From: Epiperipatus broadwayi
Lineage: Eukaryota > Animalia > Onychophora
Direction: 5' to 3'
Length of the DNA stretch: 64,000 bases
Assembly: GCA_028023455.1 (NCBI GenBank)
Contig: JAQFVV010000010.1
Coordinates: 9,114,001-9,178,000 of the forward strand
Position numbers and translations under genes: made by a program. Every line of letters begins with the position of its first letter. Within the stretch, counting starts at the first letter, position 1. The notes beneath the pieces were generated by a model. It did not search any database and was not told the DNA's origin. It was given only the letters and a program-made list of their open reading frames with translations. Positions 14,048-26,136 of this stretch are shown in pieces.

Positions 14048-15117
14048 TCATGTTTCCCTGAAAATTAGACCTAACCAAAAATTAAGTCCTGACATGATTT
14101 TTCAGGATGCTTACAATATAAGCCCTACTTCTAATATAAACCCTAGTTAAGATTGTCAGCCACATAAATGGGCGAAGGGCATATTGAATTATAAAGTAAT
14201 GAATATATAAAAAACAATATTATTGACATTAATGCTTTAAATAAATGTAATATAAATTATATGTTTTTGTTTTTTTGTATTTTCCTGTTGTCACTTTCTG
14301 ACAAATGTAATTTGACCTGTATAGAGAAACAGTTTATCTACCACAAGTCACTGTATATCAGACAATTTATAATTTCATTTATATATTTTTAGATAATTAT
14401 TTTATGTAATACTTAGATTTAGAATGCTTGATTTATTTTTAGAGTTTCATCATGGTAATGTTTAAATATTCAAGATTTAAAAGCAAAATTAGTTTGATTT
14501 CTTAAATATTTTTTTTCCTCCTAAAATATTTTATTAACATAATGCAAGTGATTTTAATAAAGTTTATTTAAGTTAAATCATCAATATTTTTCCTAAAGAA
14601 AAGTTTTTAAAAAGAATATCCAAATAGGGCTATTACAAGTAGTTTGAAAAGTGTTTGATAATGGGTGGACTTAGTTGAATCATATATGAATTGTTCTAAT
14701 TCAATACACCACTGTATGTTATAATGCATGAACTTCATGTGCACAGAAATATTTTCTCAATTTTTGTGCTAACATTTTTTTGTTGCTTTTGTGTGGACAA
14801 ACCATTCTTAACTGTAATTATTTTTGTTATCACTTCTGTCTTGCAAGTCTTTAATTTAATGGGAAATTTAAATGGAATAGTATTCTGATCACCTGATGAG
14901 ATGAGTGCAAAAAGAAAGAGCTATTCTGCTGAGTTCAAGAAAGGAATTATGGGAAGTTTCCAGGGTAAAAATCTTACAGCTTTCTATAAAGAGAAGAAGT
15001 ACTTGAATAAACATATTTTTGGACACGAAAAAATGAGACATCCCTGAAAATAAGCCTATGGTGTCTTTTGAAGCAAAAATTAATGTATGGCCTGGTCTTA
15101 TTTTTGCGGAAACACTG
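14048..15117 (+). mobile_element. Internally deleted pogo/Tc1-mariner-type DNA transposon
   Basis: TA flanks at 14046-47 and 15118-19; imperfect TIR (tcatgtttccctgaaaattagacc / ggtcttatttttgcggaaacactg); transposase-like start MSAKRKSYSAEFKKG at 14901. Confidence 0.7.
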
Positions 15118-15287
15118 TACTTGAGAATGATGATGATGATGAAGACTTATATTAAATTATAATAATAGTATCATTATTATAATTAAATTACATATATTAT
15201 ATTTTTAGCAGATAACTTATTAATATATATATATATATTGATTTTAAGAGTCAAACGTATTTATTATACATTTATGCTTATTTTTAG

Positions 15288-15447
15288 ATTACTAATTTTT
15301 TCTCCTTCCCGTATAACTTCTGTGAAAGTTCAAATTGATTCATCATCATGGAAAGAAGCTTTTTTAATCCAAGAACCTTTATATGTTTTACCCTGGAATC
15401 CTCGTTTATATAATGTCGGCATACATACCATTACCGTGGAAGCCTGG
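15288..15447 (+). CDS. TMEM62: Transmembrane protein 62, coding exon
   Basis: AG 15286-87 / GT 15448-49, phase 2-0; LLIFSPSRITSVKVQIDSSSWKEAFLIQEPLYVLPWNPRLYNVGIHTITVEAW (the TMEM62 Ig-like segment with WNP motif). Confidence 0.93.
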
Positions 15448-16763
15448 GTATTATTTTTTGTAGATAATTTTTGAAAAGTTAAATAGAATATTAGTATTGA
15501 ATTGACATCTTTATTATCTATTTATTTTTATAATTATATGAATAAATATTATATATCAGACTTTTGTAGTATAATGGATTCTGAGATTTGAATTCAGTCC
15601 AAGTTAAACTTCAAAATTTTTTTGATTCCAAACATATTTGGGATTTTTTTTAATAGCTAGTCCAGTTATGCTATCAAATTATTATTCAGTTAATGAATAT
15701 TTAACTAATCTTGGTTAGAATATAAAATAAGGATGATAAATCCAGTGAAATAATGTTTTTTCCTTCATCGTTTCGGTTTGAGGGATTATTAGAGAAGCTT
15801 TTCCTTGCAGTGGGCTACCTATATCTATATTTGTCTATCTATATTATATATATATTAGTAAATAGCAATATTTTTAAATCATATGAGATAAGTTAATCAC
15901 ATTAGGTAGTTAATTTGAATTTGAGTTCCCCATAAAATTCATTGTATTTGAGTTATACCACTGTTTCAGAAACTATTACTATCTTGGCAGCCATATAACT
16001 AGAATTTGGGATTTATCTATATATAAGTGAATTCTTATTTGGATTTCAATTATTGTGATTATTGTAAAAGATTAATTTTATGATTTCTAACTTTCCCACT
16101 ATTCACTTTAATCAATATAATCTTCATCTTTAAATTTAATGCTTATAAACAAAGCTATATCATTTCCTTTTTTTTGTTGTTGTTGTTTGATATTTAAGGT
16201 ATAGATATAAAAAGATGGTAATTATAGTAAATAAAATAAACATTTAATTAAACTTTTTCTACTTTTAAAAATAAATCAGTTACAATCATTTATTTTCACA
16301 AAATGTCAATAATAATGATATATAAATATTTTAATATTTTTAAATTATTCTTTACACAGTCTAGTCTAATTCAATTCAAATTTATTAAGCATGTAACAGC
16401 AAACTAGTAACAATCCAATTATAGTATAGCTTTTGTAATCCAAGAATTAATTTACATTATCTTAAGAAATCATAAAAATTTAAATGAAACATATCAATAT
16501 CCAAAAATATCTTACTATACAACATGATTATTGTAATCATGGCAGAATTTCTGTAACAATTATGATTATATTTTTAATATAACATAAAACATTATTTCTC
16601 ATTATATTAGAAATTTTATAATTTATATTATTAATAAATTCTGGTACATGATTAGTAATAATCATTACGTGTTTATCAAAAAGTTGATAACATAAAAGTT
16701 GGGAGTGAAGTAAATTGACCCTTGAAAATAAAAATGAGACAATTTGCTCTACATAAATACTCT

Positions 16764-16900
16764 TCATGTAATAAAGATATATATGAGAGATGATGACCTG
16801 GCCCAACTGATAAGTGCTGGTTCAGCATGAAATGCATCTTGGGAGTTATTTGTCTTTTATTGTATCTTTATTTATATGAAATTATTTATGAAATAAAAAA
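16764..16900 (+). mobile_element. Short PLE-pLTR-like repeat (family B); second copy at ~63360-63501 on the - strand
   Basis: Reverse-complement similarity to 63360-63501; carries a hammerhead motif. Confidence 0.7.
16802..16843 (+). ncRNA. Minimal type-I hammerhead ribozyme motif, core mutated (G8->A)
   Basis: CCCAA-CTGATAA-GTGCT-ggttc-AGCAT-GAAA-TGCA-TC-TTGGG: 5-bp stem I, 5-bp stem II, palindromic AUGCAU stem III, AUC cleavage triplet. Confidence 0.75.
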
Positions 16901-17459
16901 GAATGGAAACATATGGAAGTATCTACATCAAAATATACATAAAACAATTTTTCTTAGACACACTACATCATTTAACATTTTTTTTCATAAGATATGTTTC
17001 ACTATCTACTAGTAATTATAAACTTACATACTTAAGTCACTCTTCATTATATTATGTAATCTATTGTCATAACATTTTGTAATTAGAATTCCAAACAACA
17101 GAACAATAATTAATTGCAGAAATAAGTATTATATAAATAAATAAATGCATGATTGCTTATGTAAAATCTTTTTTGACCATGCTATAATCCCAGTAATTGT
17201 ATTAAAATTTAAGGTTAATTTCATTGATGGTGAATTAAAAAAAGATCGTTACTATTAGACCAGATCCTTAAATCCTTTACCCCATCTTTTCTAGGAATAA
17301 CAATATTATTAACAGAATAATGGAAAAAAATGGTAATGTTTTATTACAAGATGAAAATAATGAATGTTTTCTCAGTAGTAGCAATCATCTGATTTTTTTT
17401 ACACCAAATCACAAAACTATTTATTTTAAGTATCTAATGAAAATAAACTAAGTTCGGAA

Positions 17460-18620
17460 TGCTTTCTTGAAGAACTCCCCTTTTATAGAAGTAAATTTCA
17501 GATTTTTTGAATCTGTAATAAACATAATTTGGAAGAAAAACCTAGACAATCTAATACAGATAATAAAATGCTGTGATTTACCATAACAAAAGCCTTATTA
17601 AGATCAAAATATATTACATCCAAACAATCTTGTTCATTTATAGCATTAGATATATGATTATATATTATTGTTAAATTTATCTTTACTGATCTGTTTGGTA
17701 ATAAATCCATGCTAAAAATCGGGTATATGTCTTAAGTTGAAATTATAGAGAATTATATATACATACGCCTAACTTATGATATTAGCTTATGGTTTTTTGG
17801 ATCATTTTTGGAGTCCTTCTTTCAATTTGGAATATCTGTAGTTAATTATACATATGAGGAAAAACAGATTTTTGTAAATTTAATGTGAATATATGGCTTA
17901 AAGTAGGAGCGTCAAACTTGCACAATTCTTAATAATGAAAATAGAAATGTCATCAGAAGAAACGGATTTATTACCTTTATACCTTTAATAATATCAATTA
18001 TCTCATCATTTGATATCTCGGCTATCCCAACTATCTATCAATTTATTATAACAAGCAACAGAAGTTATAGTTTTATCACATGTAGCTACAAAATTTTTAA
18101 TTTGATTAGAAGAGAATTATTTTCTAAAGTCTTATGCATTTAAAGAATTATTTGAACATTATTTGTTGATTTAAATTTGATACCAGTAAAATCTCTAATA
18201 TATGATCAAAAATGCTTTAGATCATTTTCTAATATTATTCTGCATATTATCAATATACAAATGATTACAGACTTTTTTCACAATGAAACAATTTTCTAAA
18301 ATTGTTCCAATAAAATATTGATTTTGCTTTTTATACAATTTATATCTATTTTTTTTCATTGCACTTAATATAAATTTACTAGAACTCTTACTCCACTGTT
18401 TTCAGACCAGTGAGTTTTAATTTTATTTTAGTAGAAAAGTTTTTAACATGAAAAAACATGGAATTGAAGAAAAGTTATCAACATTTCTTATAAAGATTTA
18501 TTCTCTTAAAATTATTCTTTTGAAGCATGCAATTGTTATTTTTTCTGCAAATTCAATTTCATGTATAAATTCTTATTTTTAAGATTTCATATTTTTAATT
18601 TATTTATCTGGGAGTGTATT
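17460..18620 (-). mobile_element. Decayed jockey/CR1-like LINE ORF2 (RT) fragment
   Basis: NRSVKINLTIIYNHISNAINEQDCLDVIYFDLNKAF..VNHSILL (ORF 17498-17710), plus upstream DDISIFIIKNCA..LSHIF.L.L.K.VFP and NNIRK..KAF remnants. Confidence 0.8.
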
Positions 18621-21369
18621 GCGAGTTTCTATTTTTATATGCTCAGTTTTTTTTTATTATTTATATTACTAACCTGTGATAAATGCTTTGGCAGGCCTTC
18701 GTAATTTTCTTTTTACTCACCTGTCCCTTTTGTTATAATTAGTTTAGTTAGGCTTGGTTTGTATTTTCCTGCCAACTGCAAATCTTTTAGTTGGCAGTTT
18801 ATAGAGTATAGTGTTCTGTTTTTTTTAAATCAGAGGTTTTGTTTTCTTCTACTTAAGATTACGTAAAATTGTAATCTTTTCTTGTTATGTTTTCTAGTCT
18901 TTTATTGGAGTCGACCTTGATAATCTTGAGCATGGTTATCTTGGGCTGTTCTGTAGACATATGACATTCTTGGTTCCGATGTTTCTTTTCCGGACCAAAG
19001 AAAGCTCACCTGCACTGTTTCGTTGTACTCCCTACAAGACCCCTTTTGTTTTGAAATCTCTAAACAGGGAAACTAGAATTAGTTTTTTTTTTTTTAAATT
19101 GCTGGCAGAAAGATATTATAAATCCCCTTTTTAAATCTTAGGTGAGAAACGTATGTATTTGCCCGGGTGTTTAATGTTCTAATACTTGCGTATACTCTCT
19201 GATAAATATGCTAGAAGAATCTAGGTCAAACTTTATGCTTTGTTTGATCAAGATTTAATGTTTCTTTTTGAGTTTAATAAACTATGAAATTATTTAAAAT
19301 TGGTTTGAGCTGACGTTTGTCTCTGTAGCTTTTCTCAATTGTCTGAACAATCTTAAAGATCTCTTTCTCTCCCTGGGTCTAGCTGATGGCATTCATTGTT
19401 ATCTTTTGATCACCATAAATTAAATTTTCTAGGTAGTAAGTGGCATAGTGGCACCCTTGGTGATCAAGGGAAGTGAAGAAGTGACCGGTACAATATATGT
19501 ATATATAGTGAGAGTGTTAAAAAATTTACTTATGTAATGCAAGAAACTTTGCATTCAATTTTTGCTCTGATTTTTTTGATTATAAAAAAATTATTTGTGT
19601 TACGTATACTCATTTACTCTTTTATTTGAATAATTTTTAACTATTATTATATATTGTAAAGGGCATTGTAATTCACAAATTTCCATAACTTATCACTTTA
19701 AAGTTCATGTTAAGATGAATTTTAATTACTGTAGCGGTCAGATTTGTACATTCATGTAACAAAATCCAGAGTCCAGGTGAAATATACCAAAGCTGTCTGA
19801 AATGGGATGGTGAAATCCCAAATTCGACCAAGTTTCCACTCATTCTCCAGTAGTCTGCGATTTAACATTTTACGAATGACATTTCTGAGGTTACATATAG
19901 GTCTCTGAACAGGGAAAAGCATGGCACTTAGAAACAGGCTAACAATTAACTAAAGGGGTTAAAATGGCAACTTAACGTGCTAATTAACTTAAAACTGAAG
20001 TTAATATAAATGATTAACTATAATGCATATCGTACATCTATGAAATAATAAAGAATTGGAATTAGATTGCAAGCAAGAATGATATGAAACGAATGTTATA
20101 TTTTAAATAAGTTTTTAAAATAAATAAAACAAAAATGACAATGATTATAGAGTATTAAATATGTGAGATCAATACATGCAGGCATTACATAATGGATGAG
20201 ATTAAATCATCACAACGATCTCATCTTAATGCTTTTAATTAGGTGTATGCATGTGCGGTTAATAGAAGTATGCCTATATTAATTAATATGCTAAATCCTA
20301 TTCTCACATTATGGTATTCTAGTCATGACAACTTTCATATAGCTGTTATTTATACATATAAAAATGTGAGGGAATAAATACGTTCAGAGATGATGCAGAT
20401 TTAGCCTAGTAACCAAAGATTTGGATGTCAAACTAATGCTGACAATTATTAAACAAGAGGTCCACATATATAGCACTATGGCACAGACTAAATATTAATA
20501 AACAAGATTGCCATGCGGATGGGTAATTATTCACAGGTTTCCACATCAAATGCGCAGTACCCTAGGATCGAACGGCTTGTTACTAATAATGAACATATAG
20601 AGATCAGGGAAGTTGAATAGGCTATTCAAGTGTTCTGGGCCCTTAACCCCAGTAACAGACTTGGTGCTCTTACCCAAACTAAAGAAATGGGAGCAGCCTC
20701 CAACCCATGAAAAAGGTGCAGCAAGACGTTCCATACAAGTGTACTTAGTAAAGATACACTCACAACGCATAAATAAAATACAAATATGTATATATAAAAT
20801 TATTTGCTTCTAAAAACAGATAACTTTTATCTGCTAAACTAACAGAACCCAGTTATTCAATAGCATTATAATTATGATAACTAAAGGGCTAAAACTAAAT
20901 TATACTAGTTTAAAATACTAAATCTGCATTTTTAATTATTAATTAAGGAGGGAAAAGCATATTTAGTAGTAATTAATAAATGTTAATAAATATACTTTAT
21001 TACTATCTTTAAGGCTAGTCTATTACTTCCAAATAATAATAAATATTAAACATTACAACGAATAATTTTGATTTAGCAAACCATAATAAACATAATATGA
21101 GGTAAGTTTAAATTAATCAATAATGAGCGCATAGCAATCAGTTATTATCTGATATAATAGGATTTTGAAATAGCGCTTTAGTGGACCAACCAGCATTATT
21201 AAAATGTTAAAATGGAGATCTCAATAATCATATCTCCGTTAATTAAAAATTAGTAATCGCTGTTTCGAAATATTTGGCATATTATAACATATAAAATAAA
21301 TTTTAGATAAATGAATAGAACAAGATATAGGCATAACTGCAGTAATAAAGAGTTTTAGGTAAATAACTA

Positions 21370-21642
21370 TTAAAACAGGCCAAACTCTCCATACAGTAGG
21401 GTCATTCAGTACAAGCCAGAGTAATCAATGGCTCCTCACTGATGAAAGCCACAAGCTAGAAACTAGTCTGGGGATATTGGATGAGTAGGCACTAGATAGG
21501 GATTTTATGTGCAAGCCTTCTGGCATCCATTGATTACTCTGGCTTGCTCTGAGTGGCATTACTGTTTGGAGAGTTTTGCCTGTTTTAATAACAGTTATGA
21601 GAAAGCATAAGAAATGGTGATTATGTGATGTTTAGTGGTTAA
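21370..21642 (+). mobile_element. Family-A PLE-derived element, copy 1 (short inverted arm + pLTR + tail)
   Basis: 21370-21431 is the reverse complement of the end of 21432-21588; tail gcataagaaatggtgattatgtgatgtttagtggtt; matches copies at 24687, 26137, 41477. Confidence 0.85.
21433..21474 (+). ncRNA. Minimal type-I hammerhead ribozyme motif, catalytic core intact
   Basis: TCCTCA-CTGATGA-A-AGC-cacaa-GCT-A-GAAA-CTAG-TC-TGGGGA; predicted cut after C21468. Confidence 0.75.
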
Positions 21643-23165
21643 ATAACTGATTACAGTTTTTATAATGTAGAATTATTTTAAAGAAGCAAATTAAAATTAC
21701 AAGTGGTTATAGTCAAGTTTGATACAGTTATAAATTGTTTTAGACAGGATTTTAAGAATTTAAATAGTGAACGTTCAATTTACATTATATAAGCTAGCTT
21801 AAATATTAAAGATTACAGATTTAAGAGATTGATTAAGAGCTCTGCGGTCTTTAAGGAGAATATTATCAATCCTCTTTATTTCAGCTGGTACTTCAGACAC
21901 AGCAGACGATAGACATAAAAGCACTTCTCTGGATAGCTGGTATGGTTCAAGATGTCTTCTTTTGCAGCAGACTGTTGCTGGAAATCTCCCATTTCTGTGA
22001 TGATGGTTTTACGCCTTTGTGGCACGTTGGATGGGGTTTGAGATCACCATCTTCTTGCAGGAAAACTGCAAATCTACAGCTTCCTAATCTGCCATTTCAA
22101 AGTAAAAACAGGCATGGATTCTGGTAGCAACACTTGTTAAAATTTTACAGAGGAAAATCAAGAGTGTAATATGATTTTCAGCTCCCATAATATTTTGTCA
22201 ACAAAATGGATTTACAGCTGGTAAATACAGCTGGTAAATCCATTACCACCTATTTGCTATCTTTGATTTAAACTTTTGTTTAAATTTTAAACTTGATATT
22301 TTTAATTTAACTTGGGCTGTCTCGATTCCCTAAAGACTTGGTAATAGTTACAGCTCAGTGGATTTTGTTTACTATAAAATGCATTTTAGAAAAATATTAT
22401 TGCAAAAATAAGATTTCGCTCACACGCTATATTGAAACAGGTGTGCAGTGGCATAATTTTTATTTATAACTATTTTAATTTAAAGTTAAGAATGAATAGA
22501 AACTTAAATAACATTTCATTATATATATGTATCATGGTGATGCATGAACTTCACGCATGTACATGCAATTTTTAATGTAAAATAATAAACTGACTTTTAA
22601 CAAATTAAAATCTATAATTTAAAAGATTTTATTTTATATAAAATATACTGAAATATATATAAACCTATAATAGTACAGTTGTTTGTTTACATCTATACGT
22701 GTGATGATACACATATAACTGTTGATGCTTATATACATGTACTCACAGAGGGTTTAAATCGAGCACAGATGGAGCTATGGCAAAGAAATAGGTGAAACGT
22801 ATATGAGATCAGGAATATACTGTTTCACTATGTTAATCAAAATCATGTTAAAGTAGAATTTTATAGAGTTTAAAAAAGATAAATCAGTTTTTAAATATCT
22901 CATTGTAGAAAAAAGTTCTTTAGCAATCCTCCATAGAGGATCGAGAAATTGTAAAAGAAAATATATTACTCATTGAACATAGCAATTGCCCAAGTATTAG
23001 TCCATCGTTGTTTTACCTTCTAGTTAATAATAGCAAGATACCCATTTGTCAACTGTCTAAAAGAAAAATTCTAAACCTAATTCAATCTGAAAAATTTTTT
23101 TAAAAGTTTTTCCTGGCTAGTATTTGAACTTTGATTATAAATATTACAGATGAGATCCATTATAG

Positions 23166-23637
23166 CAGGGGTATCCAACAAGTCAATCGTGATCCACCGA
23201 TCGATCGCAAAGCCAATTTTGGTCGATCACGAGGCCAATCTGGCAAGAGCTGTCGGGTAACGAGTGAAACAAATTAAGTCAAGATTTCAAGTTTTTTTGT
23301 TATTTTTGTTTTTGTTCCAAATTTGTTATTAATTCTAGATAGGTGAAGTCCACTAAGTCGTATCATTATTGAAAATAATACTTTTAATCTTGACTTAATG
23401 TAGCTAAATTGAATTAATAAATACTGATGCCTTAATTCCCTCGAACATGAGTTTTTTGGCCCGTTAAATAATTTATTTTTTACTAGATAGATATATAAAA
23501 ATAGTATGTATTTCACACCTCCCTCCACTTAGACTACGCCTATGACAAAAAGTCGATCGCCTATGACAACAAGTCGATCGCAACACATTTTAAAAATAAA
23601 AAGTAGATCTTATTAACACAAAAGTTGGCCACCCCTG
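23166..23637. mobile_element. Non-autonomous hAT (Charlie-like) element, 472 bp
   Basis: TIR CAGGGGTATCCAAC / GTTGGCCACCCCTG; 8-bp TSD cattatag (23158-65) / cactatag (23638-45); internal tandem cgcctatgacaa.aagtcgat x2. Confidence 0.88.
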
Positions 23638-23979
23638 CACTATAGATTGAAGCCCTTGTAGTGATTTACATACCTTAAGCATGTTTGTAAATAAAACATT
23701 AAATATTTAGTGATTAAGGGTTTAAAAAAAAAAAAAAAACCCAAACATCATGATTCTAGTCTTTCTATCTCTCTTACAAATAAATATTTGTGTTTGTTTA
23801 TTAAAAATAATATATTTATAATAATCTCTCTTTTTTTTTAAGTGTTTGATTAATGCTGTAAAGTTTTTTATATTCATTTTTTCTTTAAATTCAATTTGCT
23901 TTCATGACTTTATTTTATTATTTATATTTTTGAAAGAGTAATTACTAATCAGTTTGAAACTTAGATTTATTATTTTTAG

Positions 23980-24090
23980 GATTCAGAACACAACCATCAG
24001 AGTGTTTCTCAGCCTTTTTCATTAGATGGAACGCGGTTAGATTTTAAATTAATTACCAAACTCCTTCTTATGACTAATTTATCTTTACCA
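23980..24090 (+). CDS. TMEM62: Transmembrane protein 62, coding exon
   Basis: tttttag acceptor / gtaag donor, 111 nt, phase 0-0; DSEHNHQSVSQPFSLDGTRLDFKLITKLLLMTNLSLP continues the frame. Confidence 0.88.
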
Positions 24091-24166
24091 GTAAGAGCTT
24101 TATTATTGTTTTGTATAGATTTCAAATAAATAGGAAAAAATATTTACCTACTATTGTTCTATTTAG

Positions 24167-24248
24167 ATGCAGATAATATTTGGACTTTTATTAATTCTAA
24201 ACATTGTTCCTCTCTGCATTTTACGACTTGGTTTTATTAAAATCTCAG
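24167..24248 (+). CDS. TMEM62: Transmembrane protein 62, coding exon
   Basis: Follows a 76-nt intron; phase 0-1; hydrophobic MQIIFGLLLILNIVPLCILRLGFIKIS. Confidence 0.85.
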
Positions 24249-24321
24249 GTAAATCTAAACATTACATTTAAATTAATATTTTTGTAAGAATTTTTTATAA
24301 ATCTTAATATTTTGATTTTAG

Positions 24322-24444
24322 AATCAAGAGGTCATTGCTTTCTTATCCGGTATAGTTTAATTTGGTTGAAGAGATTATATATTCTTTCCTGCATTGATCA
24401 ACTATTTTATCCTCTTATTTTGTCGGCTCTTTATGTTGCACTAG
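24322..24444 (+). CDS. TMEM62: Transmembrane protein 62, coding exon
   Basis: Follows a 73-nt intron; phase 1-1; ESRGHCFLIRYSLIWLKRLYILSCIDQLFYPLILSALYVAL; gtaag donor. Confidence 0.88.
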
Positions 24445-24800
24445 GTAAGAACATAGCATTATTTTTTTTAAAAATCGATTCCTTAGATTAATTTTTTATA
24501 ATAACAAATATACTATGAATAAAAAAAAATCTATTGTCATTATTTATTTTTAATTGAAATGTATAAATATAGGCCTACAAAGTGATTTAAAAAAAAACAA
24601 TAATTTTGAACATATAGAAGTATTACAGATAAGTTATGTGGCATTCATTTTCAGGATACAAATTTCAATCTACTTACTTTGCATGATTAAAACAGGCAAA
24701 ACTATCCATACAGTAGTGTCACTCAGTGCGAACCAGAGTAATCAATGGATGCCAGAAGGTTTGTATATAAAATCCTCATTTAGTGCCTACTCATCCAATA

Positions 24801-24842
24801 TCCCCAGACTAGTTTCTGGCTTGCGGCCTTCGTCAGTGAGGA
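24801..24842 (-). ncRNA. Minimal type-I hammerhead motif, core intact (antisense to TMEM62)
   Basis: Reverse complement TCCTCA-CTGACGA-A-GGC-cgcaa-GCC-A-GAAA-CTAG-TC-TGGGGA. Confidence 0.75.
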
Positions 24843-24905
24843 GCTTTGGATCTGAGAGCACTGCACCATCCTAAGATCTATGTGCAGTGCTCTCAGATGC
24901 AAAGC

Positions 24906-24947
24906 TCCTCACTGACAAAGGCCACAAGCCAGAAACTAGTCTGGGGA
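24906..24947 (+). ncRNA. Minimal type-I hammerhead motif, core mutated (CTGACAA, G8->A)
   Basis: TCCTCA-CTGACAA-AGGC-cacaa-GCCA-GAAA-CTAG-TC-TGGGGA. Confidence 0.7.
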
Positions 24948-26136
24948 TATTGGATGAGTAGGCACTAGATGGGGATTTTATACACAAACCTTCTGGCATC
25001 CATTGATTACTCTGCTTGGCACTGAAAGACACTACTGTATGGAGAGTTTTGTCTGTTTTAATAACAGCATAAGAAATAGTGATCATGTGATGTTTAGTGG
25101 TTTAATACTTTGTATGATGTTATTAAAATTTTATGCAAATTTCTGGTTTTATCTGATAATTCTATTAGCAGATTGCAATTTACTGAGGTCTTTATTTTCT
25201 TTTGCACATTTTCTTCTGATCTCTGTATCATTCTGTGCAAATTAACATAATGACATTTTTTTACTTTTATTAATGATTGTAATGTTGTGCAATGTCCTAG
25301 GAAAACAATTTCTAATAGTCATAACTTTTTTTTTTGTAAAATTAAAATAAATGCCTATTCTGTTGATATTATGTTTAATTATTCTCAGCAATATTCTACC
25401 ATGTTTTTTTTCTTTTGATGATGATTATAATCCTTTAAATAATTTTATGCATTTTAACTGTTTTCTTATATACACATCAATATAAGTTCCAAAATAATAT
25501 AAAGCTTCTCCAGCTTAAACTTAAAATACATTTGACACATATTTTTTAATTGTTTAAAATTTGTCTCTTTTTTCTTGCATTCTGTTAGAATGAAACTGAT
25601 ACATACATGACTGCAAGGCTCAAGCATTACATTACTCCCAAGCAAGCAATGAACTATTTGATTAATATTTATTATGTAATAAAATCAACTTATTCAGGAG
25701 GATCAAGAAATATATCATTCGGTCAAGGAAGAACTACTCTGTTTTGCTATCAATGGAATATATCAGAGAAAGTGTTGAAATTACAATTTCATAATTGTTT
25801 GAGATGATTTCTCTTTTAATCAAATGATTCTAAAATAGAAGGATTTTAGTATTATTCGAAAAAACTATAAATCTTGGTTTCTTTATGGATATAATTTATT
25901 GAGAGCATTGGTTATTTATATTATTGTAAAAATTAATTTGAATTCGTGTTTATTTATTTTTGTCATTAAACACTTATTAGTATTTTAGGGCTAATATTTA
26001 CACTAATTCTAATGCTTTTTGCTGCAGTTCCAGTTTTTATTACAGAATTTTGATTATTTTTTTTGTTGAGAACATACGCCAATATTTTGAAAGTTTTGGA
26101 ATTAATCTTCTCCTTTCTACTTTAGTAATTTCCTAT

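Larger units (their letters stand above)
24687..25104. mobile_element. Family-A PLE-derived element, copy 2: fold-back palindrome (180-bp arms, 15-nt spacer) plus a right-hand tail
   Basis: 24687-24866 vs 24882-25061 are reverse complements with ~12 differences by hand count; tail 25062-25104. Confidence 0.9.

Noticed and set aside
14892-14920. CTGATGA...GAAA resembling a hammerhead
   Set aside because: No stem II or stem I pairing; overlaps the pogo transposase start.
18650-19480. GC-richer block, possibly gag/ORF1 or an LTR on the - strand
   Set aside because: No diagnostic motif recognised; left unassigned, as are similar blocks at ~19700-19960, 20530-20780, 21840-22140, 36000-36960 and 52970-53450.
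24554-25086. Two converging ORFs with near-identical peptides (24554-24874 +, 24871-25086 -)
   Set aside because: Mirror-image artefact of the DNA palindrome; not genes.
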